Virus record (IMG/VR): IMGVR_UViG_3300022916_000053
Span: 1 to 34,310 of that record
Strand: one strand, 5' to 3'
DNA length: 34,310 nt
Origin: a virus
Taxonomy: Duplodnaviria; Caudoviricetes
Below, piece after piece: positions 7,515-14,609 of the stretch (position 1 is the stretch's first letter; each line of letters opens with the position of its first letter). The position numbers and the translations under genes are program-made. The notes below the pieces were generated by a model. The model was given only the letters and a program-made list of their open reading frames with translations, was not told the DNA's origin and ran no database searches.

Positions 7515-7677
7515 TCTGGATATAGATGCGGTGCGTGCCAAATTCCAGCCGGGAAGTATGATCTCCATAGACGAAGACACAGTATTCCTCATGGCTGGCT
7601 TGATCCTCAAGCTGTGCGACCAAATAGATAACCTCGAAGCAGAGGTTATTCACTACATGGAGTATGACAATGGCTAG
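7507..7677 (+). CDS. Small hypothetical protein (not in the ORF track)
   Basis: MDSLDIDAVRAKFQPGSMISIDEDTVFLMAGLILKLCDQIDNLEAEVIHYMEYDNG* fills the gap and overlaps both neighbours. Confidence 0.6.
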   Translation: MDSLDIDAVRAKFQPGSMISIDEDTVFLMAGLILKLCDQIDNLEAEVIHYMEYDNG

Positions 7678-8116
7678 CCTATGCCCTCACTGTCATCAAG
7701 TAATGCCCACTGATCCTAAGGTCGGTGACCAGAGCACGATCATCGAGGCTGTGAGCAAGGCGAGTGGCCGGAAGTACCGGGTAGGCGGGGCCAATGCCCG
7801 CAGTATCAATGCCAGGTTCCAAGAGGGTTATTACCTCAAGGATTTCCTCACCGTGATCGAGTACATGAGACAGAAGTGGAGCGGAGACCCTACTATGCAG
7901 AAGTATATCCGCCCCTCTACCCTCTTCAGGGCTTCTCACTTCGGTGAGTACCTGGCAGAGGCCGAGCAGTACGATGAAGAATGTAAAGGCCGTGCAAGGG
8001 TCAGGGTGCCGGCCAGTGCAGACGCACACAAAAAGCCCTTGACCGACGAAGAGAACTTGGATAGACTCCAGGCACTCAAACAATCGATTGGAGATAGCAA
8101 TGGCTACACTAAATGA
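7664..8116 (+). CDS. Replication initiator-like protein with conserved phage C-terminal domain (Phg_2220_C-like)
   Basis: INARFQEGY..KDF..VI....KW..DP.M.KYIRPSTLF...F..YL signature; N-terminal CPHC; start may be 7670. Confidence 0.75.
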   Translation: MTMASLCPHCHQVMPTDPKVGDQSTIIEAVSKASGRKYRVGGANARSINARFQEGYYLKDFLTVIEYMRQKWSGDPTMQKYIRPSTLFRASHFGEYLAEAEQYDEECKGRARVRVPASADAHKKPLTDEENLDRLQALKQSIGDSNGYTK

Positions 8117-8420
8117 CTTCTTCCCCTCACCCTGGATGAAGGGGGACGACTTTGCTGAGCCCGTGGTGGCCACCCTGAAGTCGGTATCCCCGGAGCAGTT
8201 CGAGGGGGATGGCGGCGAAATGGAGACCAAGGCCGTGGCCCGGTTTGAAGAGACCGCCAAGGCACTGATTCTCAACAAGACCAACTTCCAGATGTTGGCC
8301 TCCATCACAGGGGAGCAAGACACCGACAACTGGACGGGTATCCAGGTCACCTTGCGTGCCGAGAAGGTTGCAGCCTTTGGTAAGGTGCATAATGCAGTCC
8401 GGGTGTACCCGGTAAGCTAG
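8100..8420 (+). CDS. Putative OB-fold ssDNA-binding protein
   Basis: FPSPWMK..D, LILNKTN, DTDNWTG..VTL, AFGK...AVRV; GGAG RBS before ATG 8100; sits in the recombination/replication module. Confidence 0.6.
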   Translation: MATLNDFFPSPWMKGDDFAEPVVATLKSVSPEQFEGDGGEMETKAVARFEETAKALILNKTNFQMLASITGEQDTDNWTGIQVTLRAEKVAAFGKVHNAVRVYPVS

Positions 8421-8421
8421 T

Positions 8422-8493
8422 GGTGTGGGGTGCAGGGGGTACTGCAACACCTTTGGAGCCGGTTGCCCGATACCGGTCCTGCATAATCGGGCG
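8422..8493 (+). ncRNA. Structured RNA: bulged hairpin plus candidate H-type pseudoknot
   Basis: GGTGT 8422-26/ACACC 8447-51 and TGCAG 8431-35/CTGCA 8442-46; stem CCGGT 8459-63/ACCGG 8472-76 whose loop GCCCGAT complements ATCGGGC 8486-92. Confidence 0.5.
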
Positions 8494-8496
8494 CAT

Positions 8497-8585
8497 GCGC
8501 GGGTATCTCAATTGGCAGAGTCCTGAGCCAGGGACTGGTCACTGGTTATATCGGGAGGTTGGCGGTTCGAGTCCGTCCCCGCGCT
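8497..8585 (+). tRNA. tRNA-like RNA with non-canonical, extended anticodon arm (no assignable anticodon)
   Basis: Acceptor GCGCGGG/CCCGCGC; T8A9; D arm CTC-AATTGGCA-GAG; stem CCTGA/TCGGG enclosing 24 nt; variable loop AGGTT; T arm GGCGG-TTCGAGT-CCGTC; discriminator T followed by CCG rather than CCA. Confidence 0.8.
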
Positions 8586-8587
8586 CC

Positions 8588-8653
8588 GCAGCATAGTGCT
8601 GCATGAAACAGGGGTGTATTCCCTGCGGTCCATGCAGATTGTACACCCTTCAT
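8588..8653 (+). ncRNA. Structured RNA 3' of the tRNA-like element (candidate pseudoknot or alternative hairpins)
   Basis: CTGCATG 8599-8605/CATGCAG 8631-37; GGGTGTA 8612-18/TACACCC 8642-48; also GCAGCA/TGCTGC and CAGGG/CCCTG stems. Confidence 0.5.
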
Positions 8654-8716
8654 AGCCTACGTTGAGGGCTTAGTCACCCGGAGTAGGCAAGGGATAGTAG
8701 GCCAGTTATAGAAGTC

Positions 8717-8763
8717 ATCCGGGGTAGGGGGGTAACCCTGGCAACCTGCCCCGGATCTTTCTT
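8717..8763 (+). terminator. Probable intrinsic terminator or attenuator hairpin
   Basis: 12-bp stem ATCCGGGGTAGG/CCTGCCCCGGAT (one G-U) followed by a weak U tract CTTTCTT. Confidence 0.5.
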
Positions 8764-8777
8764 CCACAGGAGGGCGT

Positions 8778-9026
8778 ATGGATTTTGACATCAAAGAGTT
8801 TGAGATCAAGATGGTGCCCAGGCACGGGCCGCCTATGGTGACCAAGAAGAAGGTGATGCCACTGTACCCACTACGCCAGGAGGATCTCCGAACTTATCTC
8901 ACCAAGGAGGCGGAGAAAATCAAGGAGCACCTGCACAACATGGGAAAGGACATCGACCTGCAGCAGAGACAGGGCGAGATCTTCGACCAGACGGCGCGAT
9001 GCGACCAGGAGGTACGGGATGGCTAA
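8778..9026 (+). CDS. Hypothetical protein
   Basis: 82 aa, AGGAGG RBS. Confidence 0.7.
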   Translation: MDFDIKEFEIKMVPRHGPPMVTKKKVMPLYPLRQEDLRTYLTKEAEKIKEHLHNMGKDIDLQQRQGEIFDQTARCDQEVRDG

Positions 9027-9270
9027 CCGACTCCGCAAAACACGCCTAAGGCTAATCGGGTGGCTTGCTGGTGATATGTATGTTGGGATCAACCTGGGGA
9101 TAGCGGGACCAGTGGATGAAGGCGGGCTGTTCATTGCGAATGGCAGCGACAACGGACTGCTGAGAAGCTGCTTGTTCGCCAACCATCCAAGGTTTAAGAT
9201 AGGCACTGTGCCGGAGATACTGGAGTTTGCACGTGAGGAGGCACGGGATGAGCCTGGACAAGATAGTTGA
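9019..9270 (+). CDS. Hypothetical protein
   Basis: 83 aa, GGAGG RBS, overlaps upstream stop. Confidence 0.6.
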   Translation: MANRLRKTRLRLIGWLAGDMYVGINLGIAGPVDEGGLFIANGSDNGLLRSCLFANHPRFKIGTVPEILEFAREEARDEPGQDS

Positions 9271-9451
9271 GGGGCAGGAGCGTAACATGGAACGTGCGAT
9301 GGTGCGCTACCGTGCAAAACGCACACGTAGACTCGCTATAAGGGCCTTTTGTGTACACTGCATGGGTGGAGACCTGCCTGGGGTCAAAACATGCCCCTCA
9401 AAAGGGTGTGCTTTGTGGCGTTATCGCATGGGTGCGGAGGTAAAGGTATGA
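9248..9451 (+). CDS. Small Cys4 zinc-binding protein
   Basis: AIRAFCVHCMGG....VKTCPSKGCALWRYRMG, a recurrent phage motif; GAGGAGG RBS before ATG 9248. Confidence 0.7.
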   Translation: MSLDKIVEGQERNMERAMVRYRAKRTRRLAIRAFCVHCMGGDLPGVKTCPSKGCALWRYRMGAEVKV

Positions 9452-9678
9452 GTATGGACCCTTTAGCATATAAGGTGATACCAGGGCTTGCCGACCCCCT
9501 AAGCCAGAGGTCGGTCTGCACGTTATATGCGCGGGTAGACATTGCTGGGGCCGAAACTAAAATAGAGCTTGAAAGTGTGACCATTACAGATCTTGTCACA
9601 TCCATAAGCGACCCGGCACTCCTGGAGGCACTGCGTGTAATGGCAGAGTCTGTGCTGGGGAGGTTTGGCAGTGACTGA
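9448..9678 (+). CDS. Hypothetical protein
   Basis: ATGA overlap with the upstream stop (MSMDPLAYK...), GGAGG RBS. Confidence 0.6.
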   Translation: MSMDPLAYKVIPGLADPLSQRSVCTLYARVDIAGAETKIELESVTITDLVTSISDPALLEALRVMAESVLGRFGSD

Positions 9679-10987
9679 CAACACCCACTACAGCCAGGAA
9701 GCCGAAGAGGCGGTGATCTACTCAGCCATGAGTGATGCTGCCCAGGCGGCTGACCTCACCCGGCAACTGTCTCGTAGGGATCTGTTTGTCCATGAGCACG
9801 TCATTATCTGGGGTGCCATTGAGGACATGGTCCGGCGGGGTACACCCGTGGATGTGGTCACGCTCACCAATGAGCTGCAGCTAGCAGGCCTACTGGTCAA
9901 GGCCGGCGGTGCCTCACGCATTGGCAGCCTGTACGACAGACCGGTGCTCACCAAGAATGCGTCAGAATATGCTGACATTGTGGTCAATGCCGCTCAGCGC
10001 AGGCGCCTCAGGAAGGCATGCGAGGGCATCCTCACCGCCTGCTCAGGGCCCGAAAAGATATCCAAGGTACTGGGGGATGCCGAAGAGGCTATTATGGCCG
10101 TAGGGAGGACGGGAGAGGCTACCAGCAAGCCTGAGATACTGGGTCGGACCATCACCGCCAGCTTCGATGTCATCCAGAAGAGGATGGAGGCCGGCACATC
10201 CTTCACCGGACTGCAGACAGGGTACGGATTGCTGGACCATATAACGGGTGGGTTCCAGCCCGGCAACCTGATCCTGCTAGCGGCCCGCCCATCCATGGGC
10301 AAGACCGCACTGGCTCTGAATATAGCAAGCAATGCGTGCCTAAACTCAGATGCGCGAATAGCTTTCTTCAGCCTGGAGATGAGTAGAGATGAAGTCACCC
10401 ACCGTATCTTGTCTTCCGAGGCCCTGGTTGATAGCTCCAAGCTGAGGTCGGGGCTCCTGAATACCACCGATTGGGAACTTCTTGGCGAGGCCACATCGTC
10501 CCTGGCCGGAGCCGATCTCTTCATTGACGAGACAGGGGGCCTCAGCCATGGGGAACTGCGCTCACGGTGTCACGGTCTTACTATTGACAAGCCACTGGAC
10601 CTCGTTATCGTGGACTACATCCAGCTAATGCGTATGCCGTCAGGTCACCAGAACAGGAACATCGAGGTGGGTGTGATCAGTGCCGCTCTCAAAGGGCTGG
10701 CCAAGGAACTCAAGTGCCCCATCCTGGCACTCAGCCAGCTATCCAGGGCCGCCGCATCCACCGATACAACAGCGCGTCCTGCCCTCCACCACCTGAGAGA
10801 CTCAGGCAGCTTAGAGCAGGACGCAGATATAGTCATGTTCATGCACAGGCCCGAGATGATGGGCGCTCAGGACCGTGAAGGTATGGCCGAACTGATCATA
10901 GCCAAGCATCGTAATGGTGCGCTAGATACTATCGACCTCAGGTTCATGCACCAGTACACCAAGTTCGTTGACCCACCATCATTCTAG
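9671..10987 (+). CDS. dnaB: Replicative DNA helicase DnaB
   Basis: EAEEAVI N-domain, Walker A LAARPSMGKTA, FSLEM, Walker B VIVDYIQL, LKGLAKEL, LSQLSR, LRDSGSLEQDADIV, IIAKHRNG; GTG 9671 with GGGGAGG RBS. Confidence 0.97.
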   Translation: MTDNTHYSQEAEEAVIYSAMSDAAQAADLTRQLSRRDLFVHEHVIIWGAIEDMVRRGTPVDVVTLTNELQLAGLLVKAGGASRIGSLYDRPVLTKNASEYADIVVNAAQRRRLRKACEGILTACSGPEKISKVLGDAEEAIMAVGRTGEATSKPEILGRTITASFDVIQKRMEAGTSFTGLQTGYGLLDHITGGFQPGNLILLAARPSMGKTALALNIASNACLNSDARIAFFSLEMSRDEVTHRILSSEALVDSSKLRSGLLNTTDWELLGEATSSLAGADLFIDETGGLSHGELRSRCHGLTIDKPLDLVIVDYIQLMRMPSGHQNRNIEVGVISAALKGLAKELKCPILALSQLSRAAASTDTTARPALHHLRDSGSLEQDADIVMFMHRPEMMGAQDREGMAELIIAKHRNGALDTIDLRFMHQYTKFVDPPSF

Positions 10988-12552
10988 GTCACCACGGTAA
11001 CGCTAGTGTCGCCATCAGCCTCCCAGAAGTAGCCCTTGGCAGTGTCAGGGTGGGCCTGAACCTCCGCTAGTGAGCAGGACACACCTTCTACCGTGAAGGC
11101 TAAGTTGCTGGCCGCGCCGGCTACATAGTAGGTATTGTTGTAGAACCAGATGTTCAGCACCGTCTTGTCTTTGTAGTGACCAGACTTGTAGGTGTCGAAC
11201 AGCGGTGTCATGGGGGCTGGGTTCGTGATGATGTAGTCCTGGTCAATGAGGTCTCCCGCATCAACCTGGACCGCTACCGCGCTGTCCTCAACGTACACTG
11301 TGTTATTGTACCAGTAGGAGTCCACCACATCCTCGTCCGCATCTCCCTCAACCACGCGCATGGCAGCATTCCCCGTGCCCGTGGCGAACATTGTGTTGTT
11401 GTACACCCTGGCCCTTGTACATGCTTTGTCAACAAAGCACTGCCTGGCAGGCTCGCTGAAGGTGTTACCGTACACCAGCGGATCAGACGTTAGCTTGACA
11501 CTGCCGTTATACCCGCCGCCAGTGCTCACGTTGTTCCTTATGGTGGCCCCAATCGCTCCACAGATAAAGACACCATGGTGGGAGCTATCGCCAGACTCGT
11601 TCGGGACATCCACACGGCAGTTTTCGATCAGCGCATCGGTGGAAAGTGTACTAGCATCCTCCGCGCCGTTGGTGATGCCAATCGAAAGAGCGTCAGCAAT
11701 CTCCCCAACCCACAGCACTGAACAATTCTTAATTGTCGGAGACACTAGGTTTACCGTGGCCGGGTCAATCCAAAAGACCGTGTCAGCATCCTCAGCAACA
11801 GCATGGCAGTTGTCGATGGTCACATTCACACAGTCGCTGACCCAGCACAGGTCTGAGGCACCGGCAGCCCCCGAGGTGCCAACATCAAAGGGTGTTTCAG
11901 AATCCCCCCATGAGCTGCCTGTCAGGGACACGGTGGTGCAGTCTACAACATTCAGCTTGCACGGGTCAGTGAAGGTACACCCGTCGATCTTAACCTCATC
12001 CGCGTCCTTCACTCTGACAGAAGCCCCTGCAAAGTCACAGCCATAGGCCCGGAAGTCGTAAGCTGAATTACCATCAGCCTCACGCATGTACAGGCATGGC
12101 GCGGTCGTGGCCGCGTCCTTGAACTTACAACCAGCCAGGGTCAAAGATCCCCCCTTGAACTCTACAGCATAGGTGAGGGCCTGGCTCTCACAGTCGAAAG
12201 TAACACCATGGATGCCGACCCTGTTCTCCTTGCCGGCGTAAATGATTCGGTTACTTCCCGTGCGGAAGATGACACCGGGCTCATGGGCCACGATCTCAAA
12301 CGACCCGTCGTCAGCCCCGCCAAAGAAGTCGAAGTTGAGGATGTCAACATCATCATAAGTGCCCGCAGCAACCGCTATCCTTTCACCGTCGCCCGCAGCA
12401 TTTACGGCAGCCTGCATAGTGGTAAAGGCATCAGTCCAACTAGTGCCATCCGCCGCTCCAGCCGCATCTATATCTACATACACAATGTCTGCGGGGCCTG
12501 GGTCATGCCTGCCTGTGTCGGCATTAAATACCGGGGTAAATACGCTAGCCAT
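10984..12552 (-). CDS. Right-handed parallel beta-helix (pectin-lyase-fold) protein, possible depolymerase
   Basis: VYVD....GAADGTSWTDAFTTMQAAV....I.VAAGTY cap followed by PbH1-like repeats (IDNC, IKNC, IENC, IRNN, VYNNT); AGGAGG RBS. Confidence 0.8.
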   Translation of the reverse strand: MASVFTPVFNADTGRHDPGPADIVYVDIDAAGAADGTSWTDAFTTMQAAVNAAGDGERIAVAAGTYDDVDILNFDFFGGADDGSFEIVAHEPGVIFRTGSNRIIYAGKENRVGIHGVTFDCESQALTYAVEFKGGSLTLAGCKFKDAATTAPCLYMREADGNSAYDFRAYGCDFAGASVRVKDADEVKIDGCTFTDPCKLNVVDCTTVSLTGSSWGDSETPFDVGTSGAAGASDLCWVSDCVNVTIDNCHAVAEDADTVFWIDPATVNLVSPTIKNCSVLWVGEIADALSIGITNGAEDASTLSTDALIENCRVDVPNESGDSSHHGVFICGAIGATIRNNVSTGGGYNGSVKLTSDPLVYGNTFSEPARQCFVDKACTRARVYNNTMFATGTGNAAMRVVEGDADEDVVDSYWYNNTVYVEDSAVAVQVDAGDLIDQDYIITNPAPMTPLFDTYKSGHYKDKTVLNIWFYNNTYYVAGAASNLAFTVEGVSCSLAEVQAHPDTAKGYFWEADGDTSVTVVT

Positions 12553-12561
12553 GATGGCCTC

Positions 12562-12900
12562 CTAAAGCCTAAAAGCTCCTGGGCCACCACTCTGTGGTCC
12601 CTGGGGAAGGCCTGCACTAGGAGGCCCCTGGGTTTTCTGATCCATGTACTGAATAAAGGCTTGGTCAAGCTCCGCCATAGGTGACGGAGGCCCCGAGATG
12701 AGCGCCTGCCGTACCGCAGCGTAGCCATGGGCCTGAACAGCACCCATTAACTCCGCCACCCTGGCCTCAGCCGGGTCTTGGGGCGGCCCACCCGGGGGCT
12801 GCATTGGAGGCTGACCACCTTGTACCAGTGGCCCCCTTTGCATAGGGGACGGCCCTGGTCGAGCAACCTGGGCTAGGGGGTTCGGGGGGAGGTTAGGCAT
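12562..12900 (-). CDS. Pro/Gly/Gln-rich small protein
   Basis: ATG at 12900 (MPNLPPNP...) with GGAG RBS, overlapping the holin stop; central helical segment. Confidence 0.65.
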   Translation of the reverse strand: MPNLPPNPLAQVARPGPSPMQRGPLVQGGQPPMQPPGGPPQDPAEARVAELMGAVQAHGYAAVRQALISGPPSPMAELDQAFIQYMDQKTQGPPSAGLPQGPQSGGPGAFRL

Positions 12901-13294
12901 TACGCTTCTCCATGACTTGAGGAACAATCTTCTCGAGGGTACGCCCGCCCACATAGCCAGTAAGTCCCAGCTTGACCAGCTTCCAGGCCTCAATGAGTTC
13001 GGCCTCCGTCATGCCCTCATAGCTGTAGCCGAACCACCTTGCCGTGATCAGGAACACAAAGATCATCATGGTCATGGGCCGCCAGTTGCGCTGAAGCCAG
13101 CTATGCCCCTGAGCCTCTGCCTTGATGATCTCAGCCGTGGCCTGGGTCATTACAACCTCACGCTGGGCTATCAGTTTCTCGATCTCGAGCCGGGCCGCCG
13201 CCTTCTCCTCATCAGAGGTATGAAGGCTGTCGATCACTCCACCGATCTTCTCTACGGTCTCACCGCCCAGCCACTTGACTACCTTACCTAGCAT
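12893..13294 (-). CDS. Holin (3TM, GTA-holin-like family)
   Basis: IDSLHTSDEEKAAA, IKAEAQGHSWLQRNWRP, TM helix, LGLTGYVGGRTLEK signature. Confidence 0.85.
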   Translation of the reverse strand: MLGKVVKWLGGETVEKIGGVIDSLHTSDEEKAAARLEIEKLIAQREVVMTQATAEIIKAEAQGHSWLQRNWRPMTMMIFVFLITARWFGYSYEGMTEAELIEAWKLVKLGLTGYVGGRTLEKIVPQVMEKRNA

Positions 13295-13583
13295 GGAGCA
13301 CTTCCTTCACATCGAGTTTGACCTCATTGAGGGTCACGTGAATAGCCGTTAACTCTGCCCGTACCGCGCCAGACTGCTCAGCGGCCTCAATCATATGGTT
13401 GTTGAGCGACTGGTTTAGCAGGGCGTTCTGTTGGGTGAGCACTGTGATCTGTTGAGTGTTAGTGTCCACCTGCTTCTTGGTCATGCCCATGCTCACCAGC
13501 AACGTGGCAACCGCAAACCCAGTCACAAGCCATTGTCTTAATTCACTTCGATGCATAGCACTCCTACAGTCTTCGGCAGCCAT
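13284..13583 (-). CDS. Single-TM coiled-coil protein in the lysis region
   Basis: WLVTGFAVATLLVSMG TM segment then heptad-like sequence. Confidence 0.65.
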   Translation of the reverse strand: MAAEDCRSAMHRSELRQWLVTGFAVATLLVSMGMTKKQVDTNTQQITVLTQQNALLNQSLNNHMIEAAEQSGAVRAELTAIHVTLNEVKLDVKEVLHAR

Positions 13584-13612
13584 ACTGCCCCCCAAAGGTT
13601 ATGCGGTTAGAT

Positions 13613-14608
13613 TTACAGACCGTCCGTGTAGCCACGGCAGAACAATGTCCACGCACCTGATGTCAAGGTGCCTGTAGTAGTCGGCTCTTGAGTTGACACG
13701 TACACCTCTCGGGCCGTGATATCCTCAAAAGCAAAGCTAAAGTCGTTTACAACCACACATTCATTTGGGGCCGGAGTGCCTCCGGTGTGGGCATACCCTG
13801 ACAATCTAAGAGCAGTCCAGTATGACGTCGCCACGGCATCATGCGAAACACGAAGCTCGATCTTGTAAGTGCCGTCCACTGCAGTGCCCATGATCAGTGT
13901 CCCGTAAAACTGGCACGCCCCTGAGGCGCTAGTCGGCGGGACCATGTCCGAAAAATCACCAGCGGTATAGGCCGTAGTCCATGCGCCGTCGGCGTGCGTA
14001 AGCACCTCAATGGCCGTGTCATACTCAATATCATGAGTACCTTTGGGCTGGAAGAACCTAAGGAAATCGCTGCCTGTATTATTATAAACTGCACCAACGC
14101 GCCGGATATAAGAAACATCAGGCGGAACTTCTCCTGAAACCGTGGCATAGTCATGGTTTAGGGAGTAGTAGAGCGTGGGTGATGCCCCCGCTGAATCGCA
14201 CGTTGCCCAGACATAGTACCAAGTGCTCGCCGCCTCCGCCGCTATCGTGTTCACAGGCAACAAGTTGTCCAGTGTGCCGTCCGTAGCATCTGTGATGTCG
14301 ATGTCGGCAAATGTCGGGCTGCTGATCAGGATACCATCATCTGCATCGTTCACATTCTGCAGGCTCAAGAACTCAACAGCGAACCCCAGGGTGTCGGCGT
14401 CCACCCAGGTCAACACATTCTTAGTCATTGTGGCTAGGCGGGCGCTACCGAGCGAAGCCTCGAGCGTATTGATACTCGTCTGCTGTGTGTTATGTTCATC
14501 CGCAAGAGTGTTGTACGCATCAACGATAGTGTCGAACTCGTTGTTCATGTCGGCACTTCTGGCCGGAGTGTTGGATACAATCTGGTTACGGCTAATAGGC
14601 GCTGCCAT
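13613..14608 (-). CDS. Tail fibre / tail-associated structural protein
   Basis: N-terminal PARSADMNNEFDTIVDAYN anchor-like motif, coiled coil, EAASTWYYVWA and RRVGAVYNN motifs typical of podovirus fibres; GGGAGG RBS. Confidence 0.7.
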   Translation of the reverse strand: MAAPISRNQIVSNTPARSADMNNEFDTIVDAYNTLADEHNTQQTSINTLEASLGSARLATMTKNVLTWVDADTLGFAVEFLSLQNVNDADDGILISSPTFADIDITDATDGTLDNLLPVNTIAAEAASTWYYVWATCDSAGASPTLYYSLNHDYATVSGEVPPDVSYIRRVGAVYNNTGSDFLRFFQPKGTHDIEYDTAIEVLTHADGAWTTAYTAGDFSDMVPPTSASGACQFYGTLIMGTAVDGTYKIELRVSHDAVATSYWTALRLSGYAHTGGTPAPNECVVVNDFSFAFEDITAREVYVSTQEPTTTGTLTSGAWTLFCRGYTDGL

Positions 14609-14609
14609 G

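Noticed and set aside
8497-8585. Archaeal-type intron-containing tRNA, tmRNA, or suppressor tRNA
   Set aside because: The 3' bulge is 4 nt with no matching 5' bulge (no canonical bulge-helix-bulge); no G3:U70 Ala identity or tag ORF; no register gives U33 plus a purine 37 in a 7-nt loop.
8599-8612. Hammerhead ribozyme (CTGCATGAAAC resembles CUGANGA/GAAA)
   Set aside because: The core is not CUGANGA and the three-stem arrangement is absent.
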